Below, piece by piece: positions 1 to 13,500 of a stretch of 64,000 bases of DNA. The notes below the pieces were generated by a model. The model did not search any database. It saw only the letters and a program-made list of their open reading frames with translations, and was not told the DNA's origin. The stretch covers positions 33,790,001 to 33,854,000 of the forward strand of contig CM022665.1 of the NCBI GenBank assembly GCA_012295275.1. The letters are read 5' to 3'. This DNA is from Chrysomallon squamiferum (lineage: Eukaryota > Animalia > Mollusca). The position numbers were made by a program, and so were the translations under genes. Each line of letters begins with the position of its first letter. Position 1 is the stretch's first letter.

Positions 1-3000
1 TTTTGATGAGTGAAGAAAATAACTTAATTCCTCCGGAAAAACTTGATCTCAGTGAAGACATGACTCAGCCATTGTCTCACTACTTCATCAACTCTTCACA
101 TAATACATATCTCACAGGTAAAAATTCAAAACATTTCACAAATAAAAAAAATATCAATATGTCACAAACATGTCTCACTACTTCAATCAAATCTTCATTA
201 ACATATCTCACAGGTTAAAAATATCAGTATGTCACAAATGTTTTTTACCACTTCATCAACTCTTCATATAACATCTCACTGATAAAAAAGAAATACACAG
301 ATGTGTTTCCTGCTTCATGAATTTTTCATATAACAGGTATCTCACAGATAAAAAAATAATATCAACTTTTTACAAACATTTCAATGGTTAACAAAAAACA
401 CTTATATATCAGAAACATGTTTTTATTTTGTCAGCACCTACAATATGTGTACTGTCAGACGTTAATTAAACTATTATTTTAAATGTTTGAACAGTGTCTT
501 ACCTATAACAGGACATCAGCAGAATTGTAATGTTAGGTATTAATTAAACTATGTACTGCCTGTGACAGGACATCAGTAGAGGTATATTGTCAGGTGTTAA
601 ATAAATAATGTGTTACCTGTGACAGGACATCAGCTGACAGGCAGGTCATCAGTGGAGGTGTATTGTCAGGTGTTACTCAGTGGCTGTCGCTGTGTTGAAC
701 TTGACTGTTGGGATGGGAAAGGTGCTGATGAAGAACCAATCATAACACATGGTTTTACAATGTGCACTGAAATCCCATTTAAAGTAAGTCAAATTAAAAT
801 TTATGGATTTAATTTCCACAGTTAAATTCTTCAAAGGCAAATTATTTATTTTTTAAAATATGCTTCATAATGAGCACTGAAAATATTTTAAAAGTATATT
901 GTTGTTAGAAGATTCTGTTAAATTATTATTATTGTTGTAATTTATCTTTAACTGTACATGTGTACTGTAACAGAACTATGGCCCACATCATTCTGTCTAA
1001 AGTTTCTTTCTTACAACAGTTAACTTGTTATAAAACTTAAGTGCTACAAATCATATCTGCTCAGTATGATTTATTAGTTTGTATATATTTTTGGACTGTT
1101 TCTTTTAATTCAAATCAATTTCTTTGACATTTTAAATTATGTATGCATGTTATTATTGTACAAGACTTGTATAATGTTTTAAATATTAATATATGTGGTG
1201 TTCTAAAATATTTAATAGTTTTAAATTGTGTTGTTTTAGGATGTAATAGAAGCCATTGCACTCTGTGCCTTCAAAACATCAGAATACCCGCTAATTTTGT
1301 CCTTCGAAAACCATTGCTCGTAAGTATCTTCTTTTGTTTTTAATATTTAACCACTGCTATTGCCAGAGCACTTTCAAATTTATCATCATGTTAGATGCTG
1401 CTATACATTTATTTTATAGAGGAAAATAAATCATAGGACAGCATATATTAAAACAAAAGCTTATGAATTAGATGGTCAACACTGAAGAAAAGAAAATATA
1501 AATACATATACAAATACAAAAATATAAACACAGACACATCTAAAACATAAAAACACAAGAATATACATCTATATAAAATATAGTTACTTAAAATTAATTA
1601 CAGACATTCAGATTAATTATTTGTACCCTCACATTCACATCTTTCTACTTAGATCATCAATTACAGAGGTGATGGTGTGGCTTTTACATTATCAGTAATT
1701 AATTATTAAATTAATCCACTTCTACCATTACATTTAATTGATTTTATCAAAATTCTTTGGTAAGTAACATCTTGTTTCTTTTCAGACCAAGGCAACAGGC
1801 AAAGATGGCCAACTACTGCAAAGAAATATTAGGAGATATGTTGTTGACCTCCACACTAGAAGATCATCCAGTAAGAAACTATAATTTCCAAATATAAAAA
1901 TATACTTTTACAATATTTTTTGTTATGAAAAATTAAAAAGTTTATGTCAGTCTGACCTTCACTCATTTTCTGTATTCAGACAATTAAAAATATTTTCCAA
2001 AATGTTTTCTTTGTCATTATTAAAATTATAGTTTGATACTGATTTTTTATGCCAGTGGTAAAGTTTCACAAAATTATTATTATTATTACTATCATCATTA
2101 TTACTTTCACTAATATCATAATCTTCATTATCATCATCATCATTATTTTTTAAATATTATAAATAACTATACTGTGTATCGAAATGTAGCCTATATTTGA
2201 TAATATTATAGCTTGAGTGTGATGTGCCACTGCCTAGTCCTGAACAGCTGAAAAAAAAGATATTAGTGAAGAACAAGAAACAGCATGTTCACCACAGACG
2301 TATGTATTGACATGTTGACATATAAGTTACCTCAGTGTACATTAAATATCATTCAGCACTCAGAATAAAAATTAGAAATCAAAGTGTGTATGTTTAAAAA
2401 TACAAATATGCAAAAATGTTATAAAAATAATTAATAATTACAGAAATTTAGTTTAAAATATATAACAGATTTTATATTTTGATACCTTTGGTTTAATTTT
2501 AATGAAAGTGTAAAATTATTTACTGTGTTAGTAGTATTTTAGAAATTGTTATTGTTGTTAGTTTTTTAATTCTTTACTTTATTCTAAACCAAACTATAAA
2601 TTATAATATTTCAAATGTTAATTTTTTAAAGTGAGAGTTTTGACACAGCTGTTAGTCATAAATAAAAACATACTGTAAAATAATCACTTCACTTATATTG
2701 ATGTTCTCTGTTCAGGTCACCATCAGCCAAAACAAGGCACTCCAAGTAAGAGTTCTACAAAAGAGCAAAAACAAAAGATCTCAAACACAGAAAGTGAGGA
2801 CAATTCTGATAAGCCTGTTAATGCAACAGAAGGGGGAATAATCCAGGAAAAGTCCTGTTGTTCAGCTCCAAGCTCTCCAGAGAAGAATGTGGAGAAAGGT
2901 CCAGTGTCCAGTGATGGCGAGAAGAGTGACAGTGTGAAACCAGTCAGTGGTGAGGAAGAGCTGATGAATGAGAGTGAATCAGAATCAAGTGACGATGAAG

Positions 3001-6000
3001 ATGATGTTGCCCTTGACATCATGACAGAAGAAGAGAAGTACCGACGACAGCGAGAGAAGAGAGAAAGGGTAGGGAAAACCTTCTTTAAATCTGTAAAGTT
3101 AAAGTGTACTATGAGTAAATGGCCTGATAAAACACTGTACTTCCAAGTTATTATGTTATTGTTTTGGGTGATGCATAATCAATCATTCACAACAACCCTT
3201 GTCAATAAAATAATATTGTTATGATATGTTTTAATGCTTCTATTTTAAGTTCTGATATCGTGATAGACTGAACAAGGTATATTTTTTAACAAAACTAAAG
3301 AAGCTTTAGCTCAGATTTCCTAAAAGGGAGACAAAGTGGAAGCTTATTAAACAATAGTTTTATACATATTTTTTTATACCTGGTTACATTTTAAAATATC
3401 CTCTAGTTAAAACATAACTATCTGTGAACTACATTACATAAAAATAATATATTCTGAATACATGGTAAAGTTTTATAGTATGCTATAGCTAAAATATAAC
3501 AGTATATAGATAATGCATTTTTTATAATATATATAATATTTTGTTTTTTTTTAAATACAGGGTACTGCTGGGAAAGAGGCAGAGGCAGCCAGTGAGATGT
3601 CAGAACTTGTCAACTATATCATGCCTGTTCATTTCCATTCATTTGAGGTTGCAGAAAGTAAGTATATTTTATATAGTCAATGTTAATAACATGTTGAAAT
3701 GTTTAATTCTTGATTATATGTTACAGAGGATTTCATGATTTATTGAACATTTACTAAAATAGTTGTATGAGGAGTTTTATTTTGGCGTGAGGAAATCTTT
3801 TCTTTCTTCTTTTTGTTAATTTTTGTTGGTTTTAAATTCACTTACTTAATTATTAATTTTTTTACTTATTTACCTATTTATTTATTTATTTTGATATATA
3901 GTTTACTATTCAGAAGTTTTTAATATTTATAAGATGGATTGTTGTTCAGTTTTTAGTTGTTGTTCAGGCGGGGATCTGTCGGAGTTTTTTTGTTTGGTTG
4001 GGTTTTTTGTTTTCATTTTTGTGGTGGGGGGTTACTTTTTATTTTATGTCTCGGGTTTCTGATTTTTATCAACATTTTTTTTTTCATTGTTAAATAATAA
4101 TAATTGTACGAACATTTTGACACCTGAATTTTATTTTGAGAAACAAAATATTTAATAGTAAATCTCAACAAAAAAACAAATGCTTATGCTCTTTTCATGA
4201 TGAATCTTCTGTGTTTTCAGAGAGAAGACGATTTTATGAAATTTCATCTTTTGTGGAAACACAGGGTACAGCTTTGTTGAAAGAATTTCCTGTTGAATTT
4301 GTCAAGTATCCTTTTCATAAACAGAATTTTGAAATTTCATTTTATTCAAAAACAAGGTCCACTGTGCAAATTCAACATGCCTTCCCTGACAAATAATATT
4401 TTTTGATCATGTATTTATAAAAAATATATTGAAAATAAGAAAATTTAATAATAATAATAACAATAATATAATTTATAAAAAAAAATTCAGCAGACTGAAT
4501 ATAGATTGGTTATTATTTATTTATTTATTTATGAATATTTGTGTGTTTATTCTTGTTCTTTTGTGGATAGGTGAGTTGGTTTCTTTCTTTTTTATCTTTT
4601 TTTTTTGTTTGATAAAGTTTTTTTTGTGTTTACTTTCTTCTTTGTTGTACTTAACTGTTTTCAGTTATAATAAATACCAGCTCAGCAGAATTTACCCACG
4701 TGGAACCAGAGTTGACTCCAGTAATTTCATGCCCCAGGTATTTTTATATTTATTGTATTTAGTACCTGGGTTATAATTTCTTGTTTATATATTTATTGAC
4801 ATTGCATTTATACTGTTGTGGATTATGTATTGATTGAAGAAATACTTACTGTAAAACTAATATCCATTTGTTCCTTGAGTTATTATTGCTAGTTTATTTT
4901 ATGATAATTGTATTTATTTAATGTTTGGAAAAGTAACTAAGTCAAATACTGTCAATGTTTCAGGTGTTTTGGAATGCAGGGTGTCAGTTGGTGGCTCTCA
5001 ATTTTCAGACTCTGGGTAAGCAGTTAAAGTTGATAAAGTATTATTTATGCTGGTATTAGCTATGAACATAATATATATATATATGTAATACACTGGTTGT
5101 ACAATCATGTTGCACCTAATTTCATTATTTTTTTATTTATTTATTCAATATTACTTATATTGCCATACTTTAATATTAACAAAAATTATTATCCTGTGAC
5201 AAATTAAAAAAAATCATTTGCAAAGTTAATAAAATTTATTTAGATAATTTGTTGATTGCACAAAAGTATACTTTACATCTTTAACTGATGTATTAACAAA
5301 TAAAATTAAAGTATTAGCGTCTGAATCGGGTACATTTATCTAACAATAATATATTAATTTTTTTTTAATTCTTAACATCCAGCAACACAGATTAGATCCA
5401 GTTTTTATAATTTCTCATTCTTTTTGAGAAATTTCTTTGTCATTGGATTTTTATTTACCTATCTGTTGTTGTTGTCTCTAGATCTTGCAATGCAAATTAA
5501 CTTGGGTATCTTTGAGTACAACAAGAGATGTGGGTACATTTTGAAACCCGATTTTATGAGACGCAGTGATCGACGTTTTGACCCATTTGCTGAGTCTACT
5601 GTAGATGGGATTGTAGCAGGAACAGTGTCTGTTCGGGTGAGCATTTGTCACAAAATTGTCATTTCTGTAATTGATTTGTTGCTGTATTCAAAATGTAACA
5701 TAAAAACTTTACAATATTTTCTTTTTAATTAGAGAATGTTTCACATATTAAAATGGATCTGTGATTGCTGTTTTAATTCTACATTATATTACAAATAATC
5801 AAAATATCAACCTCTGTTTCAGTTTTGAAAACATTAATTCATTTTATCTTTAAAGAACTAATAAATAATTTATTTCCATATTGTTACAAAACAATGTATA
5901 AAAGAAAAGATTTTTAAAAATGTATATTATTTTAGTTTAGATATAAAAATTATGTAAAATACTTTTACCCCCACACCACACATATATCATTGTTTTAATA

Positions 6001-6821
6001 TATAGTAAATAAATGTAAATATTTTCTTAACTTCAGGTTATTTCCGCTCAGTTTCTCACAGATAAAAAGATTGGTACATACGTAGAAGTTGACATGTATG
6101 GTTTGCCAACTGACACATTCAGAAAGAAGTTCAGAACAAAAACCATTCCAGCTAATGGAATCAACCCAGTGTATGATGAAGAGGCTTTTGTGTTTAAAAA
6201 GGTAAATTTTTAAATTTGTTTTTAGAATCTTATTTGTTGATGACTCTTTGAGAAAAAAAAAAGTACAAGTGATAATACTGGAAAAGTATGCACAGTGTTT
6301 AAAATGTTAACATGAAGCCCATATCTGTGAAAACCAGAATCTCAGTCCATGGTATGAGATCTCCCCCCCCAAAAATATCCTTCAAAATGTCATTGTTGGT
6401 GATCATATACATAGCATATCTGAGCTATCTATGGAAACTGCATTTTAAAGATACTTGTGCAGTGGAAAAATTACTTGAGCTGTCTAGGAAGACTACAGGC
6501 TAAAAAGTAAATGACTGTTTCCAAATGAAAATTAACATGATTTAATATGGTGATTAACTAAAAGTTTTTAGTTTTGTTTATGGTCAGGTTATTAGGAATG
6601 TATTTTAGTGAAATTATATAAAATTTAAGATTAAATTTATTGTTAAATGTTTGTTGATAAGTGAAAGAGTTGAGTATGCATGCACACATCATACACCATC
6701 TAAGTATGCACATATCAGTGCACAAATAAATACATATATCCCAGCTTTTTAAAAATAATATTTAAAAATATTAGCAAATATTCAGCTGATTTGAATAATT
6801 ATAAATGTGTGTGTGTTTGTA

Positions 6822-6912
<91 letters not shown>

Positions 6913-6943
6913 GTGTGTATGTGTACATGTATATATATACATA

Positions 6944-7018
<75 letters not shown>

Positions 7019-7544
7019 ATATATATATATATATGTATATATATACATGTACACATACACACATATATACATACATACGTACATATATATGTATATATAC
7101 ACATGTATAAACACGTATATATGTGTGGGCATATAAATATATATTTATGTTGGTATGAACATTATATATATATATGTAATACACTGGTTGTACATTCATG
7201 TTGCACCTAATTACATTATTTTTTTATTTATTTATTCAATATTACTTATATTGCCATACTTTAATATTAACAAAAATTATTATCCTGTCACAAATTAAAA
7301 AAAAATCATTTGCAAAGTTAATAAAATTTATTTAGATAATTTGTTGATTGCACAAAAGTATACTTTACATCTTTAATTGATGTATTAACAAATAAAATTA
7401 AAGTATTAGCGTCTGAATCGGGTACATTTATCTAACAATAATATATTAATTTTTTTTTAATTCTTAACATCCAGCAACTTGGGTATCTTTGAATACAAAC
7501 AACAACATGTATATATGTGTGTGTGTATATATATGTGTGTGTGT

Positions 7545-7589
<45 letters not shown>

Positions 7590-10500
7590 GTTTTTATGTG
7601 TATATGTATATATGTATATTTTGTGTGTGTGTGTGTACGTTTATATATATATATTATTAGTCAGATCATTTGATTTTGTTTTTATAAATAATGAGTTATG
7701 GTCTGTACATGGATTATTTGTTGTGTTCAGATTGTGTTGCCCAATCTAGCCACTCTGAGAATAGGTGTGTTTGAAGAAACTGGTAAACTCATTGGTCATA
7801 GAGTGTTACCTGTGGAAGGGTTGAGACCAGGTTTGTACTTTTAAACATTTATAAAAAAAATTAATTATAAATTCAAAATTCTTACAACATTTTGTTTCGT
7901 TTTATTGTTGTTGGTGTTTTTTTGGTGCTTTTTTTATATTAACAAGTAATATTAATAACTAAAAAAAAAATTACAAGAAAGAAAAAAGTAAAAGAAAAAG
8001 AACTAAGTTTTAAGTCCATTTTTCAATAGCATTTTAATAATTTGATCAGTGAGAAAAGAATTATATAGATAAAATTAGCATAAATATCTGTCTGAAAATG
8101 ATTTTGTTATTAAAAGGTTATTTTGCCATTCCAACAATGAATCGTTATTTATCAATATTTATATCAGTGCTTTTTATCTTTTTTCTTTTAACTATAACTT
8201 TTTTCAGTAGATTGTGTGTACATACGTAAGCAATGCCTTTACTTAATTTTATATTATCTTCAAAATAGTATATGTATATGTATATATTTTTCAGGATATC
8301 GACACATACCACTACGCAATGAGAACAACCAACCACTGTTACTTCCCACTCTATTTGTTCACATAGTTGTTAATGACTATGTTTCTGATATACACCAAGG
8401 TTTGTTCAGTTCTCTCATTTATTTATTTTTATTATAATGACTCTCTCTCTCTAATAATTCATTTCATATATCTGTTTTTCACTCTGACCTTTTCAATCTA
8501 TTGGTCACTAATTATCTTTTTCTGGTTTTTTTCTATAACCTCTTATCTATTTTTTCCCAACAGTCACTATGACTTGTTAAAATCCAGCAACTGTGGCATT
8601 TCAGAAAAGAGCTTTTCATACAAATATCTGGTTTGCTAATAGTTCTCCAGAGCTGGCATTGTTTATTCACACTAATAGACAAATATGCTCCCTATATATC
8701 CATATACAGGCAATAAATATATATTTATAGTCAATTTTTTTTTTTGAAAATCTTTAAATCTTGGTATATATATATATACAGTATACCCTCACCTATTCGC
8801 GGTTCCCCATTCGCGGCCCCGCATATTCGCGGGTTAGGCTCTTAACCCTATCGCATAGTATGCTGGTATACCAGGCGAGCGTCATAACGTCATAAAAACA
8901 AATGCTCAGTAAACCGGGTTTTTGTAGGTCATAGAGACTTAAGTGCCTGAAGAGTAGGAATAATTACCTAAAGTGCTGTAAAGCAGCAGCTAAGCTGTGC
9001 CATACTGTACATTAGTGTTATCATCATCATCGTATGGCACTGCAAATTTCATCATCATTTTATTATCATTCATTATTGGTGACAGCACAAACAATATCAA
9101 ATTTTTTCAATTATTATTGCAATACAGTACGTATTTTTTTATAAATGCATACACTGTATGTACAGTGCATATTTTTTGTGACCGTGTATTAATAATGTTT
9201 TTAATTGCATATTATTACTGAATTGTATTATTATTACCTGAACTGTGCGTACTGTATTTATCTGTCTGTTTGCCTTTAAATTTGTTCCACTAATACATAT
9301 GTTGTACGCATAGAAAATGACTTTACGGTACAGTAATACAGTATGGGTAACTATGCTATGCGGTGTTACTGTCCTCCTGCACTTACGTTTCTTTCTGATT
9401 AAAATATTGTTTCAGTACAAAATTAAAATGTGTTTACATTATCATTACTACATTAGTGAAATACATAACTGCATGCAATATTACTACATTATTACTGTAT
9501 TAATGAGTAAGAGTGTCTTTAGAAAGTGTTTGGGAAGCATTTAGTACCGTATATAATCTCATAATAGACGTTTTAAAACTGCATCCAATATTCGCGGTTT
9601 TTCGCTATTCGTGGGGGGGTAAAGAACGTAACCCCCGCGAATAGCGAGGGAATACTGTATATTTTTTTTTTTTTTTTTTTTTTTTTTCCAAAATACACAG
9701 ATTTTCTTTAAAAAATCATATTTTATATTTTGTACTTTGAACTGTGATTTTATTTTTTCATTTAGAATTTGCAAAGGCTTTGGAAAACCCAACAGCTTGG
9801 TTATCTGCCCAGGAAAAGCATGCACAACAGATCGCCGTACTGGTTGAGGATTTTGAAGTCGATGTAAGAAATTATAAAATAATCAGCTATTTCTATTAAG
9901 CGGTCATCACATCAAGGCACACAGTTTGTGGCTTTCTGCACCCTTTTATCAAATATGCCATCTTCTCTGATTTTATTTTACAAAATTAATGAATGATCAG
10001 CAAAAAGATTTTAATTTTTACTTTTTTTATTTGCTTAACTGCTTTTTTACATTATATAATTTTTTTTTTTTTTTAAAGTTTTGTTATGGTTAGAAGTAGT
10101 AAACATAAACTGCACGTTTTTATTCCATGTTTATTGAATTCATTACTCTTATTTAATTAAACTGTTACAGTATGAGAATTAAAATAATGAGTTTTACACA
10201 AAGAGCATCTAGAAGAATGCCATATCATGGATATTATGTACTTAAAAAAAAAAAAAAATCGTAATGTACAGCAGTAATCTGTTTGCCATGGATTATATTC
10301 AGATGTAAAAAATTAAATAAATTATTATTATTATTCCATTGTTGGAAATATATCAAAAGGAAATGAACAATGCTATTAACACTATTTTTCCATAGAAATT
10401 TGTTTGCTGTTTGCTATGGTCATTTTGTAAATTCATGGGCTATATTAATACATATTGTAATTTGCTGAGATTATATATATCAATATTTAAACAGCTTCTT

Positions 10501-13500
10501 TAAATTACAAAGGTAGTATAACATAATTCTAAAGTTTAGGGTTTCTATAAATATATAGTGTTATAATTAGAGTTTCTGTGAATGTAATGGTTTACTCTTC
10601 TGCTGTATGACTGTGAATATTTTACATTTACAAGGAGAGACCAGTACAAGAAAACCCGGCTCAGAACATAATGGTACATAGTGCTCTTTGTAATCTTGTT
10701 TGTTGTTCAGTCCTATCCTTTATTGATTTTTGATTTGAGTACATTTATGTAGGTTTATAAATTACAAATTTATAATGCCCCTTTTGATATTTAAATTTGA
10801 ACATACACACTCAGTAACAGACACCTACAAATTCTGTATAAAATACACTGTGTACATACAAACATACATAATTTCCATGCACCAAGACATACCCACAAAC
10901 ACAAACACATATATTAAACAGAAATTAACAAAATTAAATAAATATAATTATTTTTAAAATTTATCTGTGGTATAGATCTAGTCCACTCCAAAGATATTCC
11001 GTCAACAATGAATCGCAAAATATCTATTTTCATATTTGTGTATGTGTATGTGCATATATGTATGTGGGTGTATGTGATAAATATAAATACATTTCATTCC
11101 ATTTATTTTGTGCAGTAAAAAAAGAGTTAAGTTTGTATGTTCATCTGTATTTAATTTGTGTTCATGGATATGTCATAACAGACAGCACCTTTACTTATTC
11201 ATTTTGTGTAAAGTAAATAACATACAATTGTTTCGCATTGTGTTTGTGGTTTTGTGTTATTTTTATTTTTATATCTTTTTTGAAATCTGTTTTACAGCAA
11301 AGTATCTGCATTGTCTTTTTAATTACCCATCTTTCTTTGTTTTCTTTTTTGTAGTTATTTACTTTCTGAATCATCATCCATTATTTACATCCTCGTCTAT
11401 TATGTACTCATAAACATTTCATTATAATACAAACACAAATATCCACATTTGCACACTTGCACACATATACAGGTGTCAAAGCCTTTATCTGGCAAGATTT
11501 CTAGATACACATTAGTCCTGACTTAAAAATAATGATTGCAACTATATTTAACAGACACAAATTAATATTTCTAAAGCAGTACCTCTTTGATCTTTACTAA
11601 TTCATTTTAAATTCTTAAAAGTTTGTATAGAATATGTTTTTCACTATTAAGTTGCATTTCTACTAGTCTTTTAGACATGATAAAAACAAAAATGAGAGAA
11701 AAACCTGTAAACAGCCAGTTTCATTTGATCTGGCATCACAGAAACTAAAATAAAGTGTACCTATGTCAAAAGTAGCCAGCCAGTAAGCTGGATAAATGGT
11801 TTGGTATCTGTAAACATCTACATGAACTCATGAACAAAGAGACAAACATATTTACAATATCTTCATTATTTTCATTATTTCCATTATTTTTATTTCTTTT
11901 TTTTTAATTTGTTTAGGATGAGTTAGCTAATGTAAGTGATTACTTATGTCAGGAGTTTGTTTTCTAATTTGCATGAATTGTTTAAAAAATGAAATTTTTA
12001 ACATTTTCTTATATATAATTATTATTAATATATTTGTATGATAACGAACTGTTAGGTTTTAATGTCACCAAGTTGTGTTTGAATTATGCAATTCCACTGT
12101 TATGATGGTTAACATTCTAACTGAGCATGATTGTTGTATATTAATTTAAGCTGTTTGAAGTTCAATTTGGATAACACTTTACTACGAAAATTCAAATATG
12201 TATATTATTAGTGAAAATCTAAAATTAAATTTATTTTCTTCTTTTTTTTTTCTTCTTTTTTCTTTTCTTTTACTTTATTTATATTTGTTTTTACAATGGA
12301 TTTTATTTTTGTAGCATTTCATTCCATATATATTTTTATCTTTATATTTATTTATTTATTTATTTATTTATTGTTATAAATTTAGAAAACCTTTCTTTCA
12401 ATATATTATAAAATATTATAGATGTTACCAATAAGATTTATTTTTAAAGAACCAATTTTAAAGTATTTCTGCAGTGACAAATAACAGCAAATTCTGAGCA
12501 TAAATCACAGCACAAAACTGATTTTAAAATAATACAAAATATCACAAATTATTATATTGTTTTCTTTGCCCCTATTTACAACATCAAAAAAATTAAATTG
12601 TTTTAATTAACATTGTTCATTATTTTCAGCATTTAAGTAGGAGTTGGACCTTAATAATTCATTGCTTTAGCCTGTATCTTGAAAACTATTTCAGTATAAC
12701 ATTTTTTATTCAGTTTTATATCTCAAAACTTGATTGAATTTCCATTAAATTGAAAACTATTTCAACAGAACAGATTTTACTGTTGTCATTGTCTCACTCT
12801 TATTCCTTAATAGTTTATTTAATGCCCCTTAAATTGAAACTGTTTCAAATTTATTTTTTATCTTCCTCCTCTTCTTATTTTTCATGTGTTGAACTACCCT
12901 TTAAATTGAAAACTATTTCAGTCCAACAATTTTATTTTATTTTTTTTGTTTTGCCTTTTTATATTTATATACTGAATTACCCTTTAAACAGAAAACTATT
13001 CCAGTATTTAACAGTTATTTTTCTAAATAGTCTGTTGAATTGAAATGGAAAACTGTTATTATGCAAACAGTGCATGGTTGTTTGTTGATACAGAGAATGT
13101 TAAATAGAGACTGTTGTGTGGACATGTTTGTACACTGTTTTCAAAATGTCACTTGTTAATTCATATTGTAATACTTAGAGAAATAAACACAATATACACA
13201 TTATTTTATGTACTAATGACTTAAAAAGGTTTAAACAAATTTAAATTAAATACATTTTTAGTGATTAGTAAAGTAATTAAATTAATGGATAAAATTCTAC
13301 CTTAATATTAATTGTTTTGTTCATTAATTAAAGTTATTTATGTTGTCTGAAATTACAAAGTATTTCAAAAAAGAATTTACATTTATACTGATGAAAGTAT
13401 TTTAAGTGCTGATAATTAACAGCATTTGTTCTTCTATCTAAAACAAAAATAAATCATTAAAAAAGATATTATATCTAGGAATAATTAAATTTTCATAGTG

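Noticed and set aside
6771-7210. Five overlapping 100-140 aa ORFs
   Set aside because: Translations of (TA)/(CATA)/(TG) microsatellites inside a PLC intron.
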